In this document: positions 37,801 to 50,085 of the stretch, one piece after another
How positions within the stretch are numbered: position 1 is the first letter of the stretch
Layout: every line of letters starts with the position of its first letter
Assembly (NCBI GenBank): GCA_030141605.1
Contig: JAQGDQ010000887.1
Location: 1 to 64,000 of the forward strand
DNA length: 64,000 nt
Direction of reading: 5' to 3'
Origin: Tubiluchus corallicola
Taxonomy: Eukaryota > Animalia > Priapulida
Translations under genes and position numbers: made by a program
The notes under the pieces: generated by a model
What the model was told of the DNA's origin: nothing
Databases searched by the model: none
The model's input: the letters and a program-made list of their open reading frames with translations, nothing else

Positions 37801-39231
37801 TTTCTATGGAAAAATCTGGCTGATGATAAAGAAGTAAATCAGTACTTGAGCTTGCATAGAATAGAATGGATATTTGTGCCCGAACTCAGTCCATGGCAAG
37901 CAGGGTTTTATGAAAGAATGGTAGCCACAGTCAAATCTGCCTTAAAGAAATCCCTTGGACGAAAATTACTAATGGCACAACAAATGGAAACCACACTTTG
38001 CGAAATAGAAGCCTTGGTAAATACCAGACCACTAACTTATGTGTCAAATGATCCTGCAGATTGGCAACCACTTAGACCAGTAGATTTCTTGAATCCTGGA
38101 TTTTCAGGAATTTTGCCTGATCCACCATTAAAGCCAAAAGATGATCCAGATTTTATCTTAGAAAGATTATCAACGAGTGAAAATTTGTGCAAAATCAGAG
38201 AAAAGCAAAATCAAATTTTGACGGATTACTGGAACCGATGGTCACATGAATACCCACAGTCGTTGCGAGAACGTTTCAATGTTCATCATAAATCAGGAAA
38301 AGGTGATATTAAACGGCAGCCAACAGTTGGAGAAGTTGTCCTCATCGAAATGGAAAACACCCCACGTGGAAATTGGAAACTCGGAGGAGTAATTCAGCAT
38401 ACATACAGCTGAGATGGCAAAGTGAGATCAGTTAAAATACAGTTACCATCAAAGAAAGAAGTAAACCGACCTGTCAATCTACTAATTCCTCTGGAAAGTT
38501 ACAGCGAGGAAACCAAGAGCTCATCAGTCGAATCAGAAACCATGGAACAAACGGAAAGTCAGCAAAGTATCCTAACTAGTTTGCCAAGAGCATCGAGGAA
38601 GGAAGCCGGAAGACGAATCCAGAAACTAGTTAAGGAAAATCTGCTGCTTAACATTGTATCTTACAAATAACATTTTTGTTTTGATCTGATATAATTTCAG
38701 TTTGATTTAATGTCAAGCTTTGCCACACCAGTAACAGATTTGCATCATTAAAGTAATGTGTAATGTAAAAGTAATTTTTCAAGCTGGAATGTTTCATGTT
38801 TTAAAATTTAAAGGAAAAGACCATACATTTTTGTTGTTTTGTCAATACCATTGCTATTTAACAGTAACTTATAACATATTTTAAGTGAATGGAATGGAGA
38901 ACCTTGTTTTTTTACATCTTCCTCCTCCCCGAGTGTTGTGAACTTGAATAAGTCCACAAGTCTCTAGTAATATTAATGTCTTCAAACCAAATAATTGGCA
39001 CTACTTTTTCCCAAGTTTTGACTGGTGGAAGAATACTTGTTTGAGTAAAACTTTTTTCAGACCAGTTTTGAGTCAGGTGTGGCTTTAACTCTAGGAAAAA
39101 CGGTTGTGTTACTGATTCTATAAAAACATATGAAATTAAAATTTATAGAAATTTAACTTTGAGTTAAGGTGTTTTGTGATTTAGTTTTAAACTAGTATAC
39201 TGAAATTCCGTGAAAAGAGAAATTCACGACA
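31804..39231 (+). mobile_element. Full-length BEL/Pao LTR retrotransposon
   Basis: LTRs 31804-32102 and 38934-39231 (TG...CA); 5-bp TSD AGCCC; PBS TGGAGGCACCACCCGGAT; gag-pol ORFs inside. Confidence 0.97.
32787..38670 (+). CDS. BEL/Pao Gag-Pol polyprotein (Gag Zn knuckles, protease, RT, RNase H, integrase), frameshifted and gapped
   Basis: CVFCKATDHFNSNC/CFLCLQDKH knuckles; LDTAS protease; ADVEKAF, PFGINASPFLL and YVDN in RT; FTDAS and TIPRLEL in RNase H; H..H..C..C, GLDYFGP, SDNAKQF and GFYERMV in integrase; frame breaks near 33920, 36660 and 38390; N gap 33258-33721. Confidence 0.93.
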
Positions 39232-40492
39232 AGCCCAGCGCTGCATTTTTCCAATTTTGAATGGTGTATTATAACACACAATGATCGCTGAATGAACTTT
39301 CCACAATGTCCAAAGGCAAATTGTCCGGAAATTCTAATATACCGATCCTGGCTACTTCTGCAATAAAGGTTCCACCTCGTGTGGTAATACATACAACTTT
39401 CATAAGCTGACACAACGGCAATAATGTGTTCTCAAAATTAGGTTTTCTACAGGTTGCTGTTTAATAACCGTCGCTTTCCATTTTGTTCTCCACCTGCTGA
39501 ATGCCTACAAAACAAGTTCAGGCTGATTTCATCAATCCAAATTCTGGTGGAGGAATTTATTCTAGTGTATTCTTGTAAAGTTTCATCTCGCCTTAGGTTT
39601 TTTCGAAAATGATGTTTTCGTTGCCAACTTGAATTAAAAGTGGTGGATCGAAAATCCGACTCCTTCAATTGATGTGGAATTCATTCTAGTCTAATCACGT
39701 GCAGTTTCGTGACGATCGTATGACTTTTCTTTAAAACGACCAGTCTTTTTTCTAAATAATATTTGCATCGTTCATTTCGATATATTTACTCGAAAACTGG
39801 TTTGTGATTTTTCAGTCAGCAGCCTTATTATTAGTGTGGAATTTGTTTCTATTTCCGAAAAATTTATTTAGTCTTGTGTGCTGCTTCCCTTTTTTATGTA
39901 GATGCTCCGCATTTCTGATCCAAATGTATGCTGTCTTTTTATTAACATTATTTTTACTGTCTTGCTAGGTATCTCCAGTTTTCTTCATTTGCACACTTAC
40001 AATTACAATTCTTTTTCAGCCATTCCTAGATATTCGTGAGCAACTACGACGATTAGACATGATGATTAATAACAAATAAATGGGTGTAAAAGCACTTGTA
40101 GAATGCCAAAAAATAATTACCTCAGTCATTGTGTACTATGAAGGAAGTTCTAAAACTGACTTGGGAAAATTTGAAACTGACTTGAGCAAATCTGAAATCG
40201 ACTGAATCAATCTGAAATTGACATGGACATTTCTGAAATAGATGTGGTAAAGGTATAAGAAGGTGTAGAACGAATTCTGCATTAATTGACGGAATCACAT
40301 TTTCAACATTGACGCTATTTGTAATCCACAACCTTGATGCGACAACAGTTCAAGTCAAACTTGTTTATACAGTAATATCTTGCACGCCCAAACAGAATTT
40401 GTATTGTTAGGCGCACCGATTTAGTGTCCATAGTAATTGAGAATCAGCACGACGGGCAATTGAAAAGATGCGTAATATCACGGTTTACTCAC

Positions 40493-40535
40493 CTTTTTAC
40501 TTAAAACTATGCACTACCATGCCGCATATAAGACG
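40493..40535 (-). promoter_or_regulatory. Putative non-coding first exon, donor and TATA-like box of microprotein paralog 1
   Basis: Donor AAAAG|GTGAGTAA; 40440-40500 is homologous to 49136-49200 upstream of paralog 2; TATA-like at ~40530; palindromic CRE TGACGTCA at 40623-40630. Confidence 0.6.
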
Positions 40536-41259
40536 TGCTAGTATTGCTTGTCTCATATGAAAACTTAGTCAATAATGAAATTTAAAATCTTAATAAAGGG
40601 ATGACTTAAGAAGCTGAGCTGATGACGTCACGTTCATAACAACAATAATATTATATCAGGAAATCAGTCTGAAAGTCTGAACAAATGTGATAAAGAGAGC
40701 TTGAACGTGTTTAGCACAATTTAAAGCTTTTACAGTTTGCATTTTTAGATATCATTAACAAAAATTAAGCTACAATCGTTACTTTATTATAATATTGTAA
40801 GGCTTAGTGGGAGTTTTCACATCTGCGAAAATAGATGTGGAATTAACTGGAAAAAACTTTGCCAGGGAGCAAAAAAGATGGCAATTTTTTTCATTGTTAA
40901 TCCTTGTTAGCCTTGTGGGCTTCGTATGACTTTCATCGTAACAAACTCTCTTAGTTTTAACTGAGTATCTTATATCTTAACTTTAATTATAGTTATTAGT
41001 TATTGTATAATATTAGTTATTGAATTAGGTTTCTGTTATTTAATTTAAATAAGCTTGAATAATTACTAGCCAACCGGTTTAATTCAAGTTTTTTTTTAAT
41101 TTGCACTTTTGATTCCAGGTTACTTCGTGTTGAATTTTGTCAAGTTCTATTATTACCTGTGTTTTGTAACTTGCTTCTGAGTAGGTATTGTACCTAGATT
41201 TTATACTACGTGTGTTACACATACAAATGTCATAACAACTACAACGTTATAGCAACGCA

Positions 41260-44200
41260 AACCTAAAGTCAGATGTCATAAAGCTGCAACGGCAAACGCT
41301 GTAACGTGAAGACGAAAAGCGCAACAATTTTTTTCTACTACACATTGTAAGCAATTTCATCTGCCGTACTGAAACACGGATTCACCGCGGTATGGATGAA
41401 AGGGAGTTAGTTATTTATCGATGCGTTTCAACAACATCAGCGTCTCGATCGCTGGGGTCAGGTGAGTGGAGAATTTTCTGTTTGTGTCACTAAGCAGCTT
41501 CTGTAAAGGCAATTAGTAGAACGGAGCTGATTTGTGCAAGGAGGAGACCTCGTGCAAAATGGCGTAATTTTATAACAAAGCAATTTCGTGACAAGATCCA
41601 ATTTATGTCTTGGTTGCTTGCAAACAGTTGTCTTTTGTCTTTTTTTTAATAAAGAACCATAACAAACAGCGGTGGGATATCAGGGATCCAAGCTCAGGAA
41701 TCAAGGATAAAATGTTATTATAGTGTTTTAACAGCAATTTGAAAGCAGTAGTGAAACAGCGACGATAGCAAGCATGGTTATAACTGGACCAGGTTGGTGG
41801 TAATGTAGCTGGAGTCCCAGCAGCTCCTGTAGCGTCATTACCGGTAGTACAGGCACCGAGCTTCGATGGCAGTTCAGACTTTGATAAATTTATTAAGAGA
41901 TTTGAACGAGTAGCAATCGCGAATAACTGGGATAATACTAAGAAATTCCAAGTTTTGCCAGCCTTGCTGCATGGTAAAGCAGAGAATGCATTAGATACCC
42001 TACCTGATGCAGCTAATGATTATGAACAGTTGAAAGCGCACTTAAAGTGTATTTTTCGCCCTGAGCAAGCACAATGATTGTATCTTACCCAGTTTAATCA
42101 GCAAACTCTGAAGCGAGATGAGTCACCATTCGCATATTGCAAGCGATCTTAAGAAACTATTTCAGGCGGCTAATCCTGAAATAACTGATGCTAATGTGAT
42201 TGACCGTTTTTGTGTACGACGTTTCATAGAGGGTCTTAAACCAGAACAGCGCACAAAGTTTTATGAAGCTGACATTCATACACTCGAAGCAGCTATTAAG
42301 AAATTAAATAGTGTTCTAATTACGAGAGATGTAGTTAGTAAGCAAGAAAATAGTGTTGAACGGAGACAGCAGCCTACAGCAAGACGTCAGTTTAATAAGA
42401 GTGCTCATCACGAAAAGCCACTTCAGTCTAGTATAGTTTGCAAGTACTGCAAAAAGCCAGGGCATACACCAGAAGCTTGCGTGAAATGTTTCAAGTCTGG
42501 ATTGAGGGGTCATCTAGCACGAAAATGTTATACCTCATGTAATGCATGTAAACAAAAGGGGCACATAGCTCGCAACTGTACTTTAGCTAAATCTCCAACA
42601 GCCGTGAAATGTGATACAACTTTAAGCAGACGAATTACTGGTGAAGATGATAGCTTGGGTGTGAAACTGGCTCTGGGTCAGAGAGAAATATTAGCTATAT
42701 TAGATGGAGGTTCAACGCGTTCTTTGATCAGTTAAAAGCTGTACAACAAGCTGGAATTAGTTTTGTGCCTACTTCCGTAAATGTGGTAGCGGCTGATCAA
42801 AGCATTAGTTTGAAAGTGCATGGCACTACTGTTATTACAATTCCTGTGTCTGATACAAGGAATGTCAAGCTTCAGTTCATTGTAGCAGATTGCGATGATG
42901 CTATGATTTTAGGTATTGATTTCTTACGAGCAGCTAATGTTGTCATTGACCATGGGCGTGGTGCTGTAACTGTAGAAGGAGCACCTGTGACAGCATATCG
43001 AAACGGAGTACCAGTGCCCATTGTCACTTGCCGAGAAAATGTTGTTTTGCCACCAGCGTCTGAGACCATGATCCTGGCAAAAAGTAGTCGACCGTTTGTA
43101 ACTCGTCGTACAATGTTTCTAGAACCAGCAGTTGTGGGAATTCCAGGTTTGGCTTTAGCTCGAGCCTGTGTTAATCCTGATTCAGAGAATATTCCAGTAC
43201 GATTGATGAATTTCACAAAACACCCTGTTGTGTTGCAGTCGGCTTCCGTGCTGGGAAGATTGCAGTCTGGTGATTGGGAGCCTCTTGCTAATGCTGTTAC
43301 TGTTGAGTCTATGAAGGAAAATAAAGCTTCAGTAGAGGAAGCAGGTGATTTGAAGCAAATCAAGGAGATTGATTTATCCAATCTAAATAAAAGGCAGAAG
43401 CAGAAATTGCAAGATCTGTTGATCGAGTACAAAGATATCTTCTCCTTGCATGGTGAGCTAGGACGAGTGCATAGTGTTGAGCATGCAATTAAGGTAACAG
43501 GACCACCTATAAAGCAAAAGCCATATCGCGTGCCAGTTCATTTAAAACAGGAAGTCGATGAACAGCTTAAGGAGATGCTAGAGCAGCAGGTGATAAAAGA
43601 AACCGAGTCACCATGGGCAAGTCCGATAGTCCTTGTCCGTAAGCATCATGATGGAAAATATAGATTCTGCGTAGATTACAGACGTTTGAATGCTGTTACA
43701 CATAAAAGTTCGTTTCCACTTCCAGGGATGGATCAGCTACTCAATAGTGTAGGAAACGCAGCTTGGTTTACAACACTGGACCAGAAAGCAGGTTACTGGC
43801 AGATTCCTTTAGAACTGGATGCCAAAGAGAAAACAGCTTTTGTAACAGAATAGCCGTATGAGGTTGAGCAAAGTCTAGAGGCTTAATAGTAGTTGGTGAT
43901 AAAGTTATGCTGAAAGTATTTGCTGTAAAGCGTGATAGAAAAAAGAAATTAGCTAAACGGTATGAAGGGCCGTATAAAGTTGTTAAAAATTTAGCACCTG
44001 ATTATGTAATTCAGTCAGCAAATGGTAAGCCATAATAGTTCATGGAAATCATTTAAAACTGTGTAATGTAAATGTTGATAAAGCTAATGATGTAATTCAG
44101 CTTGAATCAAGTTCGGGAGGTGCAGAACCAGCTGATGCATGTGCCGATAAAAATGTATGTGTAGATGTAGATCACATGTGGCAACTTCCTGATGTTAGAA

Positions 44201-45955
44201 ATGACAATCATAATGTTGTTAATGATGTAATCCATGATGTGATTGTTGATGATGATGATGTTGCAAATGATTCAGACGTAGATGATTTAGTTGAGTCCGA
44301 TGAAGAAAGTAGTGACAGCAGTGATTCTGAATTTAATTTGATGTTGAGTTAGGACTCTCGTCTTATGTGCCAGCTTATTATACTCGTTCAGGGAGAAAGT
44401 CAGTTCCTCCTAAGATTTTTGATGTTTAGATTGTTTAGATTACATTTGGCATTATAGTTAAAAGTTTCATGCCTTAATTTTTGAAAAATTTGTATGTTTA
44501 GATGGCTTATATACTTTCATCAGAGTTGTACTGCAAGAGGGTTTTGCAATGCAAATGTGAAACACTAGATCTTAGAGTTTAGTACATAATATAGTGTTAG
44601 CTATGCTTATGTATTTAGTATTGGTTGACAAGGTTAATTAAGAGCATATTGGCAGCAGTATGTAATAGTGTGGATGGAGCTTTGTTAATAACCTTGTTAT
44701 AGTTTCAAAATTTGTGCAATTGCAAGTTGCTTCTTAGTTTGTTTGAGGCAGTTAGAATGGTAACTGTAGCATTGAGTAATTGTGCTTAACTTGTACAAAT
44801 TGCCTTTTTAAGGTTTTTATAAGTTCGGGAGAATATAAAGGCAATTAGTAGAACGGAGCTGATTTGTGCAATGAGGAGACCTCGTGCAAAATGGCGTAAT
44901 TTTATAACAAAGCAATTTCGTGACAAGATCCAATTTATGTCTTGGTTGCTTGCAAACAGTTGTCTTTTGTCTTTTTTTAATAAAGAACCATAACACTTCT
45001 TGCCTTTCGTCTTACTAGTTACTGACTATATGAACTTCTTAATCAAGAGATTATGAGCCTCGAAGTTATTACAGGTAAACATACATTTTATATCCGTGTA
45101 GTTTACAGATCGCCAACATACCAAATATTGATTTTATAGAACCATTCATCGATGACGTTCAATTGTCGCATGATAGTATATTACAAAAATTGCCTGCATA
45201 TTTTGACAACTACTCGTTTATGTTCGTAGGCGATTTTAATGCAACATGTAGTAAATGGTTTTCTAACGGCGGTGATGATGTCGCTGGAAATACATAAAAC
45301 ATATATACTATTTGAATTTAACGGACCGTTCTTGTGCCTTACTAGCTCTTGTTATAACAGATTTTACAGGTTTTTACAATGCTTGACGTTGGCCCAATAG
45401 GTAACTGCGATCACTGTCCTGCTCTATGCCGTACGTCATTAAGGGCAGTTTTACCTACTGCTTTCCATAGAAATTTTTTATTATGCTGACGCCAAGTAGG
45501 CGTCTTAAAAATGTCATAAATAACGCTGATTGGGATCTTCTAAGCTTACTGCCAAACGTTAATGAAAGTTCCGAATATCTTCAAAACAAGTTACTGACGT
45601 TGATATATAGATGCTTATACTAATAAGAATTATGTAGGCATACTGACACTATTTTGATAAACATAAATATCTCTGCCAACTTCTAGGTTTAAATATTTCT
45701 AAAGCATCTGGAAACCATTGCACAACGAATTAATTCTGAAAGAGATACCAAGCTTCCTTATCTGATTCTCTATGTAGTCTGTATAATAGAGCTATTTAAA
45801 TATCAACCTTTCAACTTGGAAGAGAGCTAATGTATGTCAGATAGTGAAAAAAGATGATGACCGTCAGCTAAAAATAACTATAGACCAGTCTCACCTCTTC
45901 CATGTTTGTCCAAAGTTCTAGAGATAAGTGTACAAACATTTAAACTGTTACCTGT
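41260..45955 (+). mobile_element. Degenerate CR1/L2-type LINE ORF2 (endonuclease plus start of RT), interrupted by Gypsy
   Basis: Fragments ICRTETRI and RLDR before the insertion; VYRSP, FVGDFNA, GNCDHC, WKRANV and NYRPVSPLPCLSKVLE after it. Confidence 0.8.
41502..44995 (+). mobile_element. Gypsy (Ty3) LTR retrotransposon, internally deleted and non-autonomous
   Basis: LTRs 41502-41664 and 44834-44995; 4-bp TSD CTTC; Gag PSFDGSSDF..FERVAIANNW with three CCHC-like knuckles; LDGGS protease; RT SPWASPIVLV..RFCVDYRRLN..KTAFVT truncated at ~43850 and joined to an integrase GPY tail; premature stops. Confidence 0.95.
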
Positions 45956-48375
45956 TTATTGTTAGCGGTTTACTCACTTTTAGAAATTATGCATTTAAAT
46001 CCAACGATTGCACAGGCTTTCAGCTTCTTTTTTCGTACATAAGATCTACCAACCATTGGGTACCGGTTATAACGTTCTGGCTGTCTTCCTAGACATTTCA
46101 AAAACTTCGTTTCTAAAACCGAGGTTTCTAAAACAGTTTGTGACTGTAACCAAAAAAGCTTAAAAAATAAAAACATGTTTATAAAAAAACTATCACCCAA
46201 GTTACAAAGCCGTTTCAAAATGATTTGAAGAAGACATGTTGAAAATGTTTTGGGATGCCGTGTGAACACTCAGCATTTGCCGTCTGAAAAGGATATAAGT
46301 CAGTTAGTTGGTTGTTTAGTTATTTATTTATTTAGTTAGCTTGTTAGTTAGTTTGTTGTTTGTTACTTAGTTATAGGAAAATACGGGACTTTTTGGAAGT
46401 GACGCAGACTCTCCACTAGTAACCATCACTATTATTTGTTTCTCTAACCCTGGTTAAATCAATAGTATGCGTAATATGGTATAAAATTAAAAATGTCAAT
46501 TAAGATGAGATTGTATGCGACTGATGGGGAAGGGATGGGATGGTAGCGAGCCAGGCGGGAAAACAGAAGACGAAATACCCCATAACTTTGCCTCTAAATA
46601 GAGAAATTTTAATAATTCATCTGCTGACCAGTTGCTAGGCAATATAATATTAATTCAGCAAGTATTAACATATTTAACCTCAACTGTTAATTGCGACTGT
46701 AATAGTCGAAAAAATTATTTTATGTTGTTAAAAAAATGTTAAAATCCAATTGCAATAATTTTAAAAGCTAACAATAATGCTTTTTTGTGGGGTTTGGGTT
46801 TGGCTAACATCTTTGCTAAAACAATTTTGTTTGCGGCAATTTTGCTTACTTGTTTAAACGAATTTTGCATTTTATAGTGCATAATTAACAAATAAAACAA
46901 AGAAATATGTACATGCCAATCATGCTATGATATTAATAATTTTATGTAGAAAAATCTGTTTGCATTATTGGGCTGCATAAAATTTATTTTAAATTAAGCA
47001 ATTTGTGAGAATGAAGCAGCACCTGGAGTCATATTCGCATTATACATACAGCACACAGAAAATGTTAATAATTCAAAAAACAGCAAATTAAAATAATGAA
47101 GAAAAATACACAAATGAACAAACTGGTAACAGAGCCTGAGAGATAAACTCTATACAAGGTCTTTGAAAGTCATTTTTGTCATTGACTTGATAAACTTAAT
47201 GTTACAAATTCGACAAGGAAAAATTATAACACTTGTGCTTAAGTTTATAAAAGCAACAAAATCCAATAAAATCTACGTTTGCTTTTAATTTTGGGGGTAT
47301 AAAGTCTGGCGCAGTATCTTGACTACACTGGTACAGCAGGAAAGATTCAGAAGAGTAGGCCTGTATTTTTCCTAATATTGGACAATACCAATTATAAGTA
47401 TCTGTGAATTGTATACAAGTTTTATAGCAGGTTCTATGGAAAACAGCGCTATGGAAAAGTTTGTTGAAATTCTGTTTACTTAAGCATTTTTTTATGTTCT
47501 TGTATCTTAGTAATGCAAGTTTTTATTTTAGCTGGTATCAAGTGTTCCGTAAGTTGTCTGCTCCTTGGTCGACGGAGAAATAGAATGCAGAACCTAGTGA
47601 TAACTGCTGCTTGGAGTGGAAAAATAAAGAAACTGCAATACAGCTGTAATTTTCAAACATATTTGTAAATACAATTTATCTATTTTGCTTAGTAAAGTTA
47701 TATGGAACAGCTACAGTATACACGTGAAATCACACATTCATTTTGTCAATTACAATGCTAGTTATGACTAAATGACCTATAACTGTATAATCGCTACATA
47801 ATTATAAAAAGATGACCAAGTTTAAATAAATGAAGTACAACATACATCAAGAAAAGCCAAAGGAATACTAAAAAACTAATTCAAAATGTTAGTTTTGGAA
47901 TATTCATTAAGTCTGATTGATAAAGTAAACAGTAATTTTTAGCTAACATTAAATAAGTTTACAAGTTGTGCACTTTATTGAATTTACATAATAAGAAAAG
48001 GCAAAATTATACATGCAAAATTCCAAAAAGCCTATACTACATGATTTTGTTGTTTTGTTGCAATGATCATGCAACTGTCAATTCTACATATTTTATCACT
48101 ACAAATTCTAGTTCCTGAATAAACCTCAAGAGACTTAAGGTCTCTTATACATGTATAAATACTGTTATGAAACATAACGGTGCACACAAATGATGCTTGC
48201 TTCTCTAACCTCTGACAGCTTCCAATTTCAATAAAATGATTTTTGCAAAGCATAATTTTTCAAAATGGGCAAACACGAGATGCACATTGTACAGAAGAGA
48301 AGAACAAGTGGTATACGATTCTATTACACTACAGTTTTTGAACTGAAAACCTGTAACGAAGATCATCATCTATCA

Positions 48376-48576
48376 TCATTGATGGACTACAGTTGTCGTC
48401 TTTTTCTTCTCTGCGCAGCAACAGTAAATCCACACAATTATCCATGGAAAGAAGAATATAGAGATGATGCAGTGCAGGCAGTGGTTGACTCCAGACTTCT
48501 GAGTAGTAATCACAGTCGTTTTTGGTTGTTGTACTGGTTGAGCCACAACAACTGTAGTCGGCTGAGGTTGCGCCAT
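48376..48576 (-). CDS. 66-aa His/Cys-rich membrane microprotein, paralog 2
   Basis: MAQPQPTTVVVAQPVQQPKTTVITTQKSGVNHCLHCIISIFFFPWIIVWIYCCCAEKKKTTTVVHQ; acceptor cattttcag at 48602; 5'UTR context AAAGTCTGAC-ATG resembles paralog 1; minus-strand AATAAA at 47974-47979. Confidence 0.87.
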   Translation of the reverse strand: MAQPQPTTVVVAQPVQQPKTTVITTQKSGVNHCLHCIISIFFFPWIIVWIYCCCAEKKKTTTVVHQ

Positions 48577-49192
48577 GTCAGACTTTTATTAGACTTGTTA
48601 ACTGAAAATGCAAAAGAAATTTTTCAGCGGAACAAACTCAAAACAACATTAAGCAAAAACAACGGAACATTTAAAAACATTAATTCGAAAGCTTGATTTG
48701 ACAAGGCTATATAGGATGCAAGTCCAATGTCATGTGTAGCCACAAGAAACACAAGCCTACTCAATTCTTTATGATTACAGCCGGCCTACAAGTCGTATTT
48801 TTTGCCCATAATCTTCGCTTATATAATATTTTATTTCTCATTCCCTCGTTGTCTTCACTTACATAGCAATGTATACGCACCCATAGCCAACAATTAGCCT
48901 TGTCCAAAACAGAAATTTCTAGGTCATTAAAATCCGTTTTCCAGGGGCTGAATCACTGATTAATGGGGTATGTTTATTAGTGTTAGCACGTACTTCTGTC
49001 AGTTTCTATACACTAACATCTAGCGCGCCCGAGCAGAATTTACACTTGTTATAAACATACAACATCCATACTCCATAGTGCTGTTTCCACAACTTTACGA
49101 AATGACATATTAATCTAGCTCTCTCCAGTGACTGAGAATCAAATAAGCACATCAGGCAGTTGAAAAGAACACATAATACAGGCTGCGCTTAC

Positions 49193-49250
49193 TCGCCTTT
49201 TTGTGCACTTTTTAAATCCCCGTCGATGCATCTAGCACACCCTTATATAC
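49193..49250 (-). promoter_or_regulatory. TATA box and short non-coding first exon of paralog 2
   Basis: TATATAA at 49249-49243; donor region AAAAG|GCGAGTAAG. Confidence 0.55.
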
Positions 49251-50075
49251 ACAGTTTACAGCTTTATTGGTAACAATTAGATTACAGTGTAACTGACCTG
49301 GATAAATTGTGTAGCTTATTCCAAGATTCCGAGTTTGCGAATGCAGTGTGGAAAAACGACTGGGTCCACAAGCAGTTATCTTCATTCATGTAATACAATG
49401 CAAGTCTAATTAAATGCGTTTCTTAAATCCACAATTACACTCAGGCCACTCATGAAATCTAACTAATGAGTAACTATAAATTAGAGCATGCAAAACGCCA
49501 CATATACACACACTTGTTCATAGATGTTCCACATCGTTGATTAATTAGTCACGCACTCAAACTGCAGGAAGTTTTTGGAAATACGCGAGAAGCAGCTAAG
49601 TTGTATTATGCTATTGAAGAACATAACAATCCTCACATAACGAACATTTCACTCTTTAAAAATTGCGATCGATATAAATTATGTAAGCAATCAAGATCGC
49701 AGACACATTTTTCCTTACAAAACCGGTATTTCGCCAATTAGGTATACTGAGCAGCACTATATAGTATCATTGAGCAAATGCTGGTCGTACCACAGATAAT
49801 CCTACTGTAGCACACTAGGCGTAGCCGTTTCGTCATATTAAAGTCAAAGCACAGCATTTATTGCATGCACCCACGTGCCATAAGTGCTTTTTGGAATTTC
49901 ACTGCAATATAAGAAAATTTTGACAACTTACCTATTCATCAAAAGCCTCCCTGCATTAAGAATTTCTGTACAAAAGCAAAGAGAACTCTCTCACATACAG
50001 AACGTTAACCAGGAACACTAGCTCTAGCCGCCTTACACTCTCACGTTCACAGCAGAAATCGAGTTTACCTGATTC

Positions 50076-50085
50076 GTCACGTGAC
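50076..50085. promoter_or_regulatory. Perfect CLEAR-type E-box GTCACGTGAC
   Basis: Exact 10-bp palindrome about 150 bp upstream (on -) of a strong donor AG|GTAAGT at 49931. Confidence 0.4.

Larger units (their letters stand above)
31430..40375 (-). mobile_element. Degenerate Tc1/IS630-like (DDE_3) transposon split by the BEL/Pao insertion; ends approximate
   Basis: Minus-strand fragments IWIDEISLNLFCR (~39540), IIVCYNTP (~39285) and LASYSPMLNPTEKKWSKL (~31770) match the three DDE_3 catalytic motifs; contains stops and frameshifts. Confidence 0.75.

Noticed and set aside
34271-43432. Antisense ORFs over the BEL/Pao and Gypsy pol regions
   Set aside because: Shadow frames of real retrotransposon coding sequence.
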